From contig OX337230.1 of assembly GCA_946965045.2 (NCBI GenBank), positions 1,550,001 to 1,614,000 of the forward strand: DNA of 64,000 nucleotides. Direction: 5' to 3'. Under the pieces are notes generated by a model. That model was not told the origin of the DNA, made no database searches, and saw only the letters and a program-made list of their open reading frames with translations. Positions 32,467-46,012 of the stretch are shown piece by piece; the stretch's first letter is position 1, and each line of letters begins with the position of its first letter. The DNA is from Epithemia pelagica. Lineage: Eukaryota > Protista > Bacillariophyta. The translations under genes were made by a program, and so were the position numbers.

Positions 32467-35400
32467 TCAGTCTTCCTCCCTCACACAGTTTTCCGGAATA
32501 GCGTTGAGAACTTTGGTCTTCCGAGTCTTCCTTCTCCTCTTCTCATTCGCTCTGGCTTGAACAGTCTCATTAGCAACAGCGTTAGCGGCCACCTCGTTCA
32601 ATTTGTCCTCCCATTCCTCAAGGAACGGACGAACCTCTTGTTTCAAAGTCTTCTTGGCTTTTGATACAATACCCATGAATGACCGTTGGATATCAGCCTC
32701 AAACAATGTATCTTTGTATGCTTTAAAGTTGTCAGACAGGTGCTTGACGGACCGATCTGTGACTTTGAGCAAGGACAAGCAGTAAGCAATATCAGCCTTC
32801 TGTGAAATAGAATTGCATTTCTCAAAGCGCTGCAGAAACTTTTCACAAAGAAGCTCGTTCATTCGATCCTTCTGAATAAATCCCAACAAAAATTGCATTA
32901 TCTCTCTGAAATCTTCCGTCCTATTGGGCATCTGACTTATTTGGCTCACAATATCAGGGAGTAGATTGTAAACGGGATTGTTGCTTCGTTTGCTTAACTC
33001 GTTAAACAGCAAGCGCGACATGTCCCGTATTCGCGGATCTTTGTCCCGCAGACAAAGCGCAATTTCTGCGACGTTTCCCTTCACTTTTACCATATCGTTC
33101 AGAATGAGATGAGTAAGCACCATCATCGTATGACGTCGAACTTTGCTTGAATTCTCACGTAAGAGAGCATAGATCAACGGCGTGTATGGTTCGACTTGGT
33201 TAGGGTATCGGAATGCCAAATCTCCTAACGCCAGAACGATGTTCAACGCCGTGGACGGAGATTGTTTCAGAACGGTAAAAAGAAGCGGAAGATACTTTTC
33301 GCAGAACTGACCAGAGATACACATCAGCTTACAGAGCGCAAGGCTCGACGCTTGTCTCAATACAAGGGCATTGAACTGACCACTCTCATTCGAAACGACC
33401 GAAACGAGCAAAGGAATGAAGGTACCGATCAAGCCATGACCAAGAATTTCATTCTCGGATATATCAGCCATCTTTCTCTCATTTGCAGCATCTTGCTCCG
33501 CTGCTATTCCAAGCTCGGTCTCAATGGCATCTTCCTCTTCACCATTCGAGACTGAGCCAGAAATTCCCGCCTTTGCTGCCTCTTCTTGTTTCTGAACAGT
33601 TTTCTTGGAATTTGCGCGACGAACTGCCCCAACCAAGTTTTCCGTGTAGACAAGCAGACTCAACGCTACCTGTCCTACAACATGGAAGAATCTAGCCAGT
33701 CGAAGATGATGGATGGAAGTTCCATCTCTTTTGAACGTCGTCTCATACATCCCACGAATTATCTCAGCGCAGCAGTTCTCCGGCTCCTGACTGATCACGA
33801 ATATTGCTTTCAAAGCTTGTTCAGACGCTGAAAACCATCTTTCGGTATCCTCCGTATTCTCATCGACGCACCAATCTCCACAAGCAACGGCCTGCAATTG
33901 TAACTCAATGCGTTCGACAACAAGAAATTTTGCATCTGCGTTGTCTGCTTTGGGCCGGCGGATCTTCTGTAACGCTGCTGACGCGGCAGCGACAAGCTTC
34001 CAGTTTTTTCTGGACTCGGCATACTCACCAAGTGCGGCATCAAGCAGCGTTCGAAGCCTACTTTTGCTGTCAACAACAGACTGATCTGATCCAGCTGCCA
34101 TTGAAATGAGCTGGAGTGCGGTCGCGCGGATGTCCGCATCATCTGATGTGGCAACCACGCTCCATAGAATCGAAAACACACCTCCAGGGATACGCTCTTG
34201 TTTAACCAACATCATAATTGCTTCTTCAATTGACGCTAGGTCGCTGATTGATGCCCCGGCAGTGACAGCGAGAAGATTCTTCGCTATACGGCTCTCAGGA
34301 AGAGGCACTTTGCCCTCCGAACCAGGCTCGGCGATAAAAATATCAACAAATGCTTTTAGAACTTCTTCACGGATGCTCTGCTCACTCGCCCACATAAGCG
34401 CAAGGGACCGTTTGATACCTGATTCGGCACATGGAAGCTGAAAATGTCTTGCTCGAACGAAAAACCTGAGCGCCTCCGTCACGTCACTGGTATTTGCGGA
34501 GAGGATCATACTTTCAAGGATGTCTTTCGATTCCTCGAAGACACCAATAAAATCCAATGCAGACTGCGCGAAAGTTAGAGCTTCGACAACACACTTGTAT
34601 TCTCGTTGTTCCGCACTTAATTCCAGATCGTTCCATTCCTTGACCTCATTAAGTACAGCAGCTAATGTGGCTTGCTTGACATCTCGCACTGCATCTTCAT
34701 CGGGGTCGTCACCGATACTCTTTAGAGCTTCATCTTGTGCTTCTGCGATGTCGAGAGGAAGTTTTTCCTCTATCGTTTTGTACAAAACGCCCAATTTCTC
34801 AATGTACGGCTTGGGATCTAGATGACCCATAAAGGGGTTGTTTTCTAAAAGTGAAGTGAGGAGCTTGAAGGGTGTCAGAGCTTTTCCACCAAGGCAGTCA
34901 CATATGGAAATACAAAGGATTGGACTTACCTGCATCGCTTGTTTTCGTACCAAAACACTTTTGTCTTTGAGCCTGTCCATGGCAACTGTGGCCACAGGGA
35001 CAGTGCGATCAGTAGGAATCCTTTTGCTTTCTGTCAGCGAAACCCATGCCTTCAATACCGTTGATCGAGTGAACGAGCTTGTATCATAAACTCTCTCGAA
35101 AAGAAGATCGAGAATCTGATTCCGAGTTTTCGAATAATCATGCGTATTGGAGTCTTCCTGGGAATGCTCGTCCTGAGTTCCTGAAGAGGTGGCCGGCGAA
35201 TGCATGTACTCTAGAAGGCAAACCAATGTGTTGACAAGCGAATTTCTCATAATGTAAGAGTCCGCCTGGAAGTGTGGTAGTAAGTGAGTCAGCTGTTGGA
35301 GAACCAACTCGGGGTTTCGGTTGGCAAGGTCACAGATGAACGGGGCAACATGTTTTATTCCGTTCGACTTGGCATCCCCTGAGCCGTCAAGCCTTCCGTA

Positions 35401-36315
35401 TTCCCGGAGTAGCTCAATAGCCAACTTGCTGGATTTGCAATGTTCCCCGCAAATCTCAGCAACAATGGGTGACATGTGTTCATGAGAATGCATCAAATCC
35501 AGAAGGCTGGCAATTATGGGTGTATATGAAACAACTTCGGAGTCGATTGTCCATGCAATCATCCCCATGGAATATCCAGCCCATGGGGCTTTCCGAGACT
35601 GAGCTCCGACACAACGTTCTAGAAGATAGTACGCAGTGCGACAGGGAATGAGAACCACAGCCTCATCTGCGACGCCGCGCTGCCACAGTACGTTCGTGTG
35701 ATTTGACATGGCAGTCGCAGCTTGAAGCATTGTTTCGGAGCACACATTGCGTTGCTGCAGCAACGATTCGGTGGACTTTTTCGAACCGCTAGCGTCAGCC
35801 ATGTGGGCCTCAGTCAGGAACAAAACCGAGTAAAGCATGTACATGTGACAGCTCAAAGCATCACGGAAGTTTTGGGTCACCGTTTCGGTGGATTTTTGAA
35901 GAATGCGACAAAGAAGACGCAAAGTTTCACACAGGGTCTCGATGAAGTTTTCGCGAGTACTTGGTGTCAACGACATGGATTTTCTAAATATGCCAGTTGT
36001 TTTGCGTCAGAAAAAGAGAGTTCGCCAAGAGGAAAGATCGAAATTTACCACCTACCGTACAAGGGTATAGAGGCATTGAAGACGCGTCTGATCCATCCAT
36101 AGATCCTCGTCGTCTTCGTCCTCGTCCCAAACGCCTGCCCTCAAACAACGGTTTCCAGCGGTCAAACGCGTAACAAGGCTTTCAAAGGATGCTTCTCGGG
36201 ACTCATCGTCTCGGTCATCAAATTCATGAGGATAGGGATCTAAGTTGTAAGGTTCATGCTCAAGGTCTTGAAGAGAAGAAGGAACACTGAATGGAGAGGT
36301 CAGTGGAGCAGTCAT
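32467..36315 (-). CDS. NCAPD2: Condensin I subunit CAP-D2/Cnd1; introns 35984-36055 and 34864-34929 (in-frame)
   Basis: HEAT-repeat motifs RLKDKSVLVRKQAMQ, LCKLMCISGQFCE, LGDLAFRYPNQVEPYT, HLILNDMVKVKG, RIRDMSRLLFNELS, YNLLPDI; upstream exon MTAPLTS..LYTLVR splices in frame. Confidence 0.93.
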
Positions 36316-36847
36316 TGTCTTCTTGTGCCGTAGTCCAAATGGATCTGTCTCTGTCTCCTTCGATACGAGTAACGTTGTTCTTCTATAGGACAAACTTTTT
36401 GTGTGTGACAGATAGCCCATATTGGCGCCTCGGTTGGCTCGCGCCGTCGACAACGGATGGAAAGCGCGCACGCTGAGCTTCCATCAATCCCTGTCTGGCT
36501 TCTGGTGGCACCCCCCCCCCCAACGCCCAACCCAACATGATTTGGGTGCGGGACGGAGGGGCGATCTGTATGATGAGCGCGCAAGAACCAAGGATCGATA
36601 ATGGGGCGGTGTGACATGCCGATATCCATAGTCGGCCGGCGCGCACATTTACATTGGTTCTGTGTTGTCTCTCCACTTTCGCTCCTGCGGGTACCTTACC
36701 TAATACCTCGGAAGAGACAGTCTTGACAAGCTTATCTCGTCTGGAATCAGAGACGAAACCTTTCACCTCGTGAATTCGAATTCTAAGGTCACCGTGTCGT
36801 CACAATAGTTTTGAAACTTATCCTGGGTAGAGCGCGTGGATTGTACA

Positions 36848-39800
36848 ATGGATATGTCAATACGAACGACAACGGTGCGAATTAGATTTTCTCGGATACT
36901 TTCCACATGGACATTTTTCAATTCTTGACTATCCTCTCACATGATCCTCTCTCAACTGAAATGACTTACAGCAGATAGGGAATCGGCGTCATTTTGGTTC
37001 CGTAATTTCAGCAAATGCATCGTCTCGTTCCCAACAAAAGGCAGGCGACGCACGAGAAAAAAATAGTCAAGCGTATTCAAAGAACGTCACAAAACACAAT
37101 CAATACACGGTATCTTTTGATCCTGGACCAATCGGTCTCGAACTCGAGCCTGGCACCTTGCCTCAATCAGGTGGTATTCCCTGTTGTCGCGTGCAACGTT
37201 TTGTCGACGGTGGTCCTAGGGATCCTGGACCTGCAAGGGCGTCGGGGAATATTCAACCAGGAGATGTCGTCGTGGCTGTGAATGGATCTCCGGTCAAAAC
37301 CTATGAACAAACCATTAGTATATTGAAACAAAGCGTCAACACAAGGGAAATAACTTTTCAAAGCGCGTGGGCGGATCTTCCCGTATCCGATCTCCGGAAG
37401 CCGCAAACCCACGAGAGTAGCCCTGATGGACCAGTCGTAAAAATTTTCAATGAGGGCAGACGTCCGATGGAACGCAGTCTTCGGTCTTCTTCATTTGATT
37501 TGTCTTTCGTAGTCGATGAATCTGATCATGGACAGCAGCAACGCTCTGGATCAAATGGTCGGTCATTACAGAAGTCGAGATCGGAGACTTGGAAATATGC
37601 CAATGCTATGGCTGTTGAAAGCAGCACATCTCCACTTAATCACCGTCTCATAACCTCGGACCTCTCAGAGACGACTTTGACCCCAGTTAATAGGGACGTC
37701 CCGAACTCGAAGTCTTCCTCTCCGCTTCTATGGTCTTCTTCGACAACCCGATCAACGAATACCACATCGGGGGAGGGAAATGGCTCAGACGAGATATGTG
37801 ATCACGTGGCAAACTTTGCCAGTTGGCTGATTCGCTCGAACGACATTGAGAGTGCTGTTGCTCGAACTCCATGTTCTTCGGAGAGAGTATTGAATGACGA
37901 CAGAGCGGAGAAAACGATCGAGAGCGTTCGGGCACATTTGTCATCTACACGAAACTGCATGGAGAAGTCAACTTCTGACAAGGATGTTCGAGAAAGTACG
38001 GACATGGAGAGGGAAAATATGGAATTGAAGCAAGCCCTCGTTAAAGCCAGGCTTGAAATTGATGTTCTCAAAGCTCATCGGTCCAAACTTGAGCTAGAAG
38101 AACGAACAAGAGTGGATCGGCATGAGTCTATCAGCACCATGCACGAAGAGCTGGCGGAACTTAGAATGAAGAATAAGCTGCTGGAAGAACGTCGCTGTGG
38201 GGACGGGGTGCGAATAGCTGAGCTCGAAGCAACTTTGAAGGAAACGATTGAAGCTCGAAAGAATTTTGAGATGGAACTCATATCGGCCCGTTCGTTGCTT
38301 CGCAAGAAAGATAGCAATGAAAATACCGAGAAAAACAAGCTTCAAATCGAGCTCGAAAAAATGATTCGTTCATTAAGGCAAGAAAATGAAAACCGTCGTC
38401 CGTCGGAGGATGCAATGAAGGCGATGTCGCGAGAGATTGAAGCGTTGAGAATGAACATCGAAGCGCGAGACAAAGAGGGGATGATATTGCGTGATGCTTT
38501 GGAACAAAGGACACTGGAATTACAAGATATAAGAGAAGAGGCTGCTGTATTGGGTGACGAAATAGCAGAAACAAACGAAATCTTTGAATACGAAATATGT
38601 TCATTGCGCCATTCGCTGAGTGAGGCACACGACCAACTTGCGGAAATGGACGAGTCTGTCGCGTTGGAAAAAAAAGATCATCAAGCTGTGCTTGAAAGAA
38701 TGCTGGATCGACTGAAGGACTCACACCTCGAGAATGAGTTGCTGCGAGAAGCTGTCCAGATGTCTCGAAATGACCTCAAGCGTGCTCAGAACACGTTCGG
38801 CGACGAGGTAAGGCTTCTTAAAGAAGCCTTGAGTCCACATGAAACACACCAACCGGTAAGACAACATACATAAAGTGATAGCCTGATGCAGTTTTCGGGA
38901 GCTCACTAAGCAAGTTATTTCCTTGGTCTTGTTATCTTATGGCAGGATCTGCGTATCGAATCACCAGAACCAGCACAGAACCTATCTCCATCAGGATTCG
39001 ACTCCATCCTTGTTGAAATGGTTTCTCTGCGGGATGAAGTGCTCAAAACACAACAACAGTGCCGAAGACTAAGAAAAGAGAGAGATAGACTTCTCGATAT
39101 GAACGAAATAATACAAGAGACTTTGGACGAATTGTCCGAAGAAAGAGACTTACTTCTTGAAAGCCAAAACGAAGATTCATCGAACGCATGGAAGTCTAAA
39201 CTTGAAATCCAAGCAAAGGAGATTGCACAGCTTCGTGAACAACTGGAACACTCGAGGAAATCACAAGATGAAGCATTTTCGAGATCGAAAGAAGTCGAGG
39301 ACAAGCTGATCGAACGATCAGTCACACTGCAATCTGAATTGGCCGATAAAGAAAGCAAACTCTCCTTTGTTCGGGACACTTTGAAAATCACTATCGATGT
39401 TCACGAGCCTTCCTGCAGCCGCGAAGATGGAGAGGAGAAAAATACCTCATCACTAGAATGGGATACGAAATCTCTTCTTGCCCTTCAGGCCCAACTTTTT
39501 CATGCGAAGACAGAAGAAAAGGCGCTGAAAAGAAGAATTCGTTCTCTGGAGGGCTCGCTCTCAGTCGTTCAACACGAGAAAGACGAAATATCTGCTCGAA
39601 AGGAACAAGTGATGAAAGACTTCCTTGCGTGTAGAGAGATGCTTGGAGAGCAAGAATTAAAATTGCTCACGAGAAGCATGGAATCTACAATTGACACCGG
39701 TGAGATAGAAGACATGGAACAAAAACTGAACAAGAAAACTGATGAATTGGCGCTTGCTGAATCTTCTATTGAAGCATTCCGGCAACAATGTATTGACTTG

Positions 39801-42800
39801 AACTCAAAGCTCACGAATGCCAGAGAAATGGCAAAGAAAGCCGGGGAAATCACGACGTCAGAATTGATCAAATGCCAGGACGAGGCTACAGAACTCAAGC
39901 GACACAACATTTATCTCGAGAAAAAGATCCAATCAATGCACAAAAAGCTTGCGGAAGCCGAAGAAAAAATCGTTTCTTCAACCGACAAGATAGCAACTGC
40001 ACGAGAGCTGATGACAACAGCACGTGAAAACGCGGAACAAGAGAGCCAACGCTTTCTGATACGTATGGATGAACTGACTGTTGAATTGCGATCTTCAAAC
40101 CTAGCAAGACAGCAGCTGGAGAAAGCAAATGAGGAACTCAACCGTGAGTGTCTCCAGCTTAAAAAGGGCATAACGGATCTTGAGCATGAAAGGGTTCAGT
40201 CCGCATCAGACCTCGAAGAAAGAATAAATATTTTGGCTCAGGAACGAGACCTGCTCACAGATAAGGCTGCAAAACAAAAACAAGTATCATTGGATCTTGC
40301 ACAGCAGCTGCAAGACTCAAAAGCGAAAAATGAAGAAAGTCAAAAAGAAATTGAATCTCTTCTGAAGCATCTCCATGAAGAACAGAAACTGGGTCAATAC
40401 CAAACCGATACTCAGCAGAAGAAACACGAGCGAGAAAAAGAGAAATCAGACAGGTTTCTTGTAGAGACAACGGAGCGTCTTCGTCAAGCGAAGCATGACC
40501 TCAGTATTACAGAGGAAGCGTTGGACCGAGCGCGCAGCGAGATTATTGAGCTTTCATCAGACTTGGACGAGGCAAAGCTTCACCAGAGAAATACAATTGA
40601 TGAATTTTCTGAAAAGCATACAACAGATATGACAAAGCTCATCCGAGAAAGAGATGAGGTTGCACTAACACTCCGTTTGACACAAGAAGATGCTGACAAA
40701 ATGAAGTCATCTATGGAGACCGAGCTGGCAGTCACTAGGTCCAGTTTCATTCGAATGGAAAAGGAAAATAGAAGTATGACCGAAAAGATTCGAGAAAATG
40801 AAGAGCGTATCGAAAGTCTTCTGGACACGGTTGCTCAATTGAAAGAAGAATATGTCGATTGCTCCGGTTGCGAGGAGACGACTTCTTTCTTTGGATTGCC
40901 ACGTGCAGATTTGCGGTCAATGTGCCAAGACCTTCGCGATGAGTTAGCCCTTGCAGAAAAGCACCTGGACGAAGAGCGGAAGAACCACCAGTCCGTTGCA
41001 TCGGATCTTTCTTACGCCCACAAACGGATCGCAGGCCTCGAAGCAGAGCTGACATGCATGTCGGAAGAGATTGGTCGTATGATTCATACGACAAAATCGC
41101 TCGAAAAACAAATTCTTGAATTGAACTCTAGTCGCAGCATAGCAGAGAACCGAACTGAATCGCTGAAGTCATCTTTGGAAAGTGAACAAAGATCTAAATC
41201 TGAAGTAGCGAAGGAGCTAGCTGCACAATTGGAGAAGAACGAATCCCTTTTGAAAGAGATAGAAATGGCGAGAACAAGTGCGGATTCATCATGTCGGAAG
41301 TCAGAAACAGACGTAAAAAAATTCAAGGATCAAATCGAGCACCTCAGCGAAGCGGTTGGAAAAGGAGAGGAAGTCCGAGAGAAGCTCCAACGTGAAATCG
41401 AAACGTTGGAATTAGAGCTTGTTTCAAGCAAAAAAGAGCGAGACGAAAATACGTCGAAAGCAAATGCATTAGGGGCAAAACTAGTCCTTGTGGAAGATGA
41501 ACTCACTGCAAAGATCGGTGATTTCCGCCGTGTGTGTGATGAGCTAGAGACTTTTCGAACCAAAGCAAGCAGTGATAATGACGAGGTCAACAAGGAATGC
41601 TCGAGACTTAGGGAACAACTAGCTGAGCTTGTGGCTGAGGCTGAGAACAATCGTAAAATGGTTCTGAAAAGTATGGAGAAAGAAAAAACTTTGATGGAAA
41701 GCACGGCACAGTTCGAACAATTATCTTCCAAAAATGAAAAGCTAAGAGAGGAAACAGCTATCAAGCTAGCCGAAGCATCAAAAGTCACGAAGGCTCAAAA
41801 AGTAACTATAATGGAGCTCGAGACAAACAAGTTGGATGCTGAAAAGCGAGCATCGAGCTTGTCATCACAAATCGAGAACTTGCGCGATGTCGTTAAGAGA
41901 CTAGAGGAAGCTTCGGACGCCACAGGCGAAGATCATATTAAGCAAATGGAGCTACTTGAAAACAGAAATGGAAAGCTCTCTGAGGAAAACGACCAGCTTT
42001 CAGAGAAGTGTGCCAAACTGGGAGATGATTTGAGGCAATCTAGACGTATGTGCGACGAGTTTCGTCGAACAAGCGTCACACTCAAGAAGCGCATCGATCA
42101 ACTGAAACATTCATTGGCAGAAGAACAAGAGGAAAAACATTCAAGATGTTTGGAAAACGTCCAACTACACACAGCGAACAAGGATTGTCGGTTCGAACTT
42201 GAATCAAAGAAAATGGAAATTGACCATCTAAAAGCACGTGCACAGGTCTTGAATGCTACAATCGCCAGATTGAAGTCCAGTCAATTACTTTTTCCAGTCA
42301 TGACAGAAATTTGCACCGATTCTACGTCAAGAGAGCTTCAAGTTTCCAGTGCAGTCAAGAAACTTCTACTTGGACTTGGTACAGACTTGGATTCTTTCGC
42401 CGCCACCTTACAGCAAGCATACGAGAACTACAAAAGGATGATTCTTCAAGCTGACGCTGATGAACGCTTTAAAGAGCTCGACCTTTCGGGTATTGAGCTG
42501 GTCCGTTCTTCTCAAACTGTTCTTTACTTGAAAGAAGTTCACAACGAAATAATGCTCCAGGCAAAATCAGTGATGGAAAGTAGGGCCATAATTCAAACGG
42601 CAACCGCAGAAAGTCATGTTTCAGCGTCCGACGCTGTGATGGAAAACACCCACCATGAAAGTTCTTCAAACGCCAATAGCCACCGGGAGGGTTTGGTAGT
42701 TGAAATGAGGGAAGCTCATGATGCTTTGAGAATTAAAAACAAGATGATTGCAGATTTGGAATTTCAACTTCGAGAGAAGCAAAATTCCGAGGAATTACCC

Positions 42801-43133
42801 GGGAAGCAGGAAAACAACGCAAAAGAGATGTCTTCCTGGAATTCCTCGAATAGGAGGGTGTCCGTCGCCGCTCAAATGATTGGTAGATTCTTTGAAGACC
42901 AAGACATTCATAGGATGAACTCTGCTCTTCGTCGATGGACAGCTTTGGCATCTTCACGTTCGGCCTGCGAAAAACAGGATGCAATCGCCTCTGAGCTATC
43001 CGCCCAACTTGAAACTACCCGTGAGAAATTGAGTATTTTGAAGAAACATCTAAAGAAATCACGAAGAGCTCCAATGGCTCGAATAATGGAAGCCGGGACT
43101 ACAGCGCTGGATCAAACCAAAGTCGATGTTTAA
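36848..43133 (+). CDS. PDZ-domain protein with a very long coiled-coil; introns ~36875-36971 (start tentative) and 38856-38945
   Basis: YTVSFDPGPIGLELEP..GNIQPGDVVVAVNG (PDZ), then >1500 aa of E/K/L heptads; intron 38856-38945 joins the two long ORFs in frame. Confidence 0.75.
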
Positions 43134-43154
43134 AACATATAATGTTTACGTCGA

Positions 43155-43889
43155 CTATCGTGGAGTCTTCCGTAGTGTCACAGGACCTTGAATATTGTTT
43201 AGACAACTCAGTCTTGCGTTTGGGAACCTAGACAGTTTCTGGTCTTCATAGTCCGACCGCTTTTCCCAACCGTCAGACTCCAGAATGTCGACAGCGCAGA
43301 AAGTGCACTGTCCTCCACCACCGCAGTTCCCGAGAGTCTGTTTCAATCCTTTGTACACCTCAAACCCATTTTCGATCAGTGTCTGTCTTAGGTTGTCTCC
43401 GACCTTGGCTTGGAACTCAAGGTCATCCTTGCCATCCTGCCGAGCCACAATAGAAACCACATCTCCAACAGTGTACGTACAACCCTTTTCTTGTGCAGCG
43501 AACTTAAGTTCAACTGTTTCAGGAGCATTAATGATTGTTTCCATTGCCTCATCAAACGTAGAACGGGTCACATCTTGACCCTGAACACTGGCCAATGTCG
43601 TACCCATTATCTCCTCCGAGAATTTTGCTGCAGATCCTGAATCAGTCACTTCCTTGACGAAAACGCCACTGGCACTTCCTTCCTCAACTTCTTCCAGGAT
43701 GATACCCAATGGCTTTGTTAAGGACAGCTCGATCACTGATTCGCTGGAGACAGATGTCGAGAAAAGAACGTTCAAAGATGATTGCTCAGTGAATCGATTA
43801 CCACGAGTGTCCCATCGTGATACACTGAACGCACTGACACATGCAGTCAGAAGCAATAGTAATATGCCTGGGAGCCTTGCAAGTTTCAT
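43155..43889 (-). CDS. Predicted plastid-targeted PDZ + 2Fe-2S ferredoxin-domain protein
   Basis: Signal peptide ending VSA|FSV (ASAFAP-like), KPLGIILEE (PDZ), NCGGGGQCTFC..RLSC (2Fe-2S ligands). Confidence 0.85.
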   Translation of the reverse strand: MKLARLPGILLLLLTACVSAFSVSRWDTRGNRFTEQSSLNVLFSTSVSSESVIELSLTKPLGIILEEVEEGSASGVFVKEVTDSGSAAKFSEEIMGTTLASVQGQDVTRSTFDEAMETIINAPETVELKFAAQEKGCTYTVGDVVSIVARQDGKDDLEFQAKVGDNLRQTLIENGFEVYKGLKQTLGNCGGGGQCTFCAVDILESDGWEKRSDYEDQKLSRFPNARLSCLNNIQGPVTLRKTPR

Positions 43890-44342
43890 GGTCGATAGGT
43901 TTGTTGTCTTCTTTCCTTTTTTTTTTATTTCAGTTATCTAGTGTTGTGCGTGTGCTGCTAAGCGGCGGGGCCGCCTATCTGGTGGGGTGGGTGGTGGGAA
44001 GGGAAGAAGTTTGCTAGTGAGAAAGGGGTGTATAGGGCGGGAAGTGGGGCAAATCCCATTCTTTCTTGACTATTGACAATTGATGGAATGAATGCCGAGC
44101 GAGAATGACGTCACTACATTTACATGCGACCGATAGGTCGAATATAGGTCGCTGAAATCAAAATTCCCCCATAAGGACTTCTCGTCAAAACTCTTTTTCT
44201 TCAGTCTTGGTGTGACAGACTGTTGGGATTGGGTTCTTGGTTGGGCTTGTTGGAGATCCTTGATGGGGCCTTCTGAAACTCTCAGCTACGCTCACATTTG
44301 CATGGTCGAGGTTCCCAGGATCGTAATAAAGGACGTATCAAA

Positions 44343-45470
44343 ATGGAGCAGAACGACGATCCTTACACCATATTGGGCGTCTCGCGAAATGCTTCAGCAG
44401 ATGATATCAAAAAGGCATACCGTAAATTGGCGTTGAAGTACCACCCCGACAAGACTGATCCGAATGATAAAGCCTCTCATGATATGTTTGCCAAGATCTC
44501 GGCCGCCAATGAGATTTTGTCCGATGACGAGAAGCGTCAGCAATACGACCTTCGTCAGCAACTTGGTGGAACAGGTTTTGATAACAACAAGAATTATGAG
44601 AAGAAACCGGATATACCGAAACAACAACAGCAATATCAACAGCCGACAAGAGCGAAAACTCACGAAGCAAGGCCATACCCAACTAATTCAAGCAACACAA
44701 AGAAAACATACTACGAGAAACCAGCCTTTACGACAAAGTCACCGCCACAACAAACCAAGATGCCAAGTGGAAGACCAATGTACACAAAAGAACAACCTCG
44801 GACAACCTACACTCCATCTTCTAAGAATGGCAACAACATCAAAATGACAAGACCAGTCTCCAACAAAGGTTCCCCAACTACAGGCCCCCAAACTGGAGTT
44901 CAGAGCATGTCTACCAATTCTAGGAAGGTGAAACATCCCGACGGAGGGTTTGAAATGATTACTGAAACCACAACAACCTACTTTGACGGCCGTGTTGAAA
45001 AGCAAGCCAAAAGCACATTTTCTTCTCCGAATAACGGTAGCAACAACGTTCAGGGACCAAAACAAGTATCTTCCCTTCCCCAACGAGGAAGAATCCCTGT
45101 GAAGGTAACAACGACAAGCGCCCCTGGAACCGTTCGGTCGAAAACTCCTAGTCGCCCGAAAACGCCATCGCGATCCAAAACACCTTCAAGATCCAAAACA
45201 CCATCGCGATCCAAAACACCGTCGCGATCTCAAACACCGTCTCGATATAGCGCACCATCTCGTCCTAGTTCGACAGCACCATTGTCGCGATCGAAAACAC
45301 CCACAAGGTCAAAAACACCCTCACGGTCAAAAACTCCTTCTCGATCCAAACCGGTAACAACAACAACATATGAAGTTGTCAATCGCACGTCCAACGTTCG
45401 GTATACGCAGACCAAGAGTGCGGATCCGAGTCGTACAGTATACCGACGTACTGTAAAGTCATCTGGCTAG
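44343..45470 (+). CDS. DnaJ/Hsp40 J-domain protein with a low-complexity tail
   Basis: [24 protein letters not shown] (HPD)..[12 protein letters not shown]. Confidence 0.88.
   Translation: MEQNDDPYTILGVSRNASADDIKKAYRKLALKYHPDKTDPNDKASHDMFAKISAANEILSDDEKRQQYDLRQQLGGTGFDNNKNYEKKPDIPKQQQQYQQPTRAKTHEARPYPTNSSNTKKTYYEKPAFTTKSPPQQTKMPSGRPMYTKEQPRTTYTPSSKNGNNIKMTRPVSNKGSPTTGPQTGVQSMSTNSRKVKHPDGGFEMITETTTTYFDGRVEKQAKSTFSSPNNGSNNVQGPKQVSSLPQRGRIPVKVTTTSAPGTVRSKTPSRPKTPSRSKTPSRSKTPSRSKTPSRSQTPSRYSAPSRPSSTAPLSRSKTPTRSKTPSRSKTPSRSKPVTTTTYEVVNRTSNVRYTQTKSADPSRTVYRRTVKSSG
45138..45350 (+). repeat. 18-bp coding repeat (SRSKTP)n within the DnaJ gene
   Basis: About ten imperfect TCGCGATCCAAAACACCA-like units. 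Confidence 0.85.
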
Positions 45471-46012
45471 TAGAGATATAAGATATCTTTACTTTAGACA
45501 GTTTCTGCGCACGTTGACCACATCTGCATTGTTTCATGTATCTGTTTCGATCCTGGCAACAAGGTTGATATGGTTATGGAGCATGTTCCTGTAAGCAGCA
45601 TTCATAGTGACGAGTCGAAGGCAAAACTCAAGTTTTTCTATCTATTATAACCAAGCTATCACCAAGTTCCGACGACAAAGCTTGAATGTTGAGATCTCCT
45701 TCATTCTCTTAAATGTGATGTGACGCATGTCAAGTGACAAAGCATGCTGGTTCCGCCTTCTCGGACCATGAAGAAGTTATCTTTCGCAGTCAAAGGAACA
45801 TAATTCCAAAAAAAATGATAGTCGACCAATGATATGCAAAACTTCTGTTTGACAGCTCAAAATAGTGCTTTTTCAGACCAGCTCGGTTTCCTCACAATGG
45901 TGTCCTCTGAGAGTAAATTATGCCATTCATAACATGGCTTCGTTGGATTTGTTTTCTGTGCGGGCACCCCATGACAGAGACAATGCATGCCTCTTTGCAT
46001 TTGTATCCGTAT

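Noticed and set aside
43984-44003. Canonical four-G3 motif in the PDZ-ferredoxin/DnaJ divergent promoter
   Set aside because: A single short motif expected by chance in GC-rich promoters; no supporting evidence.
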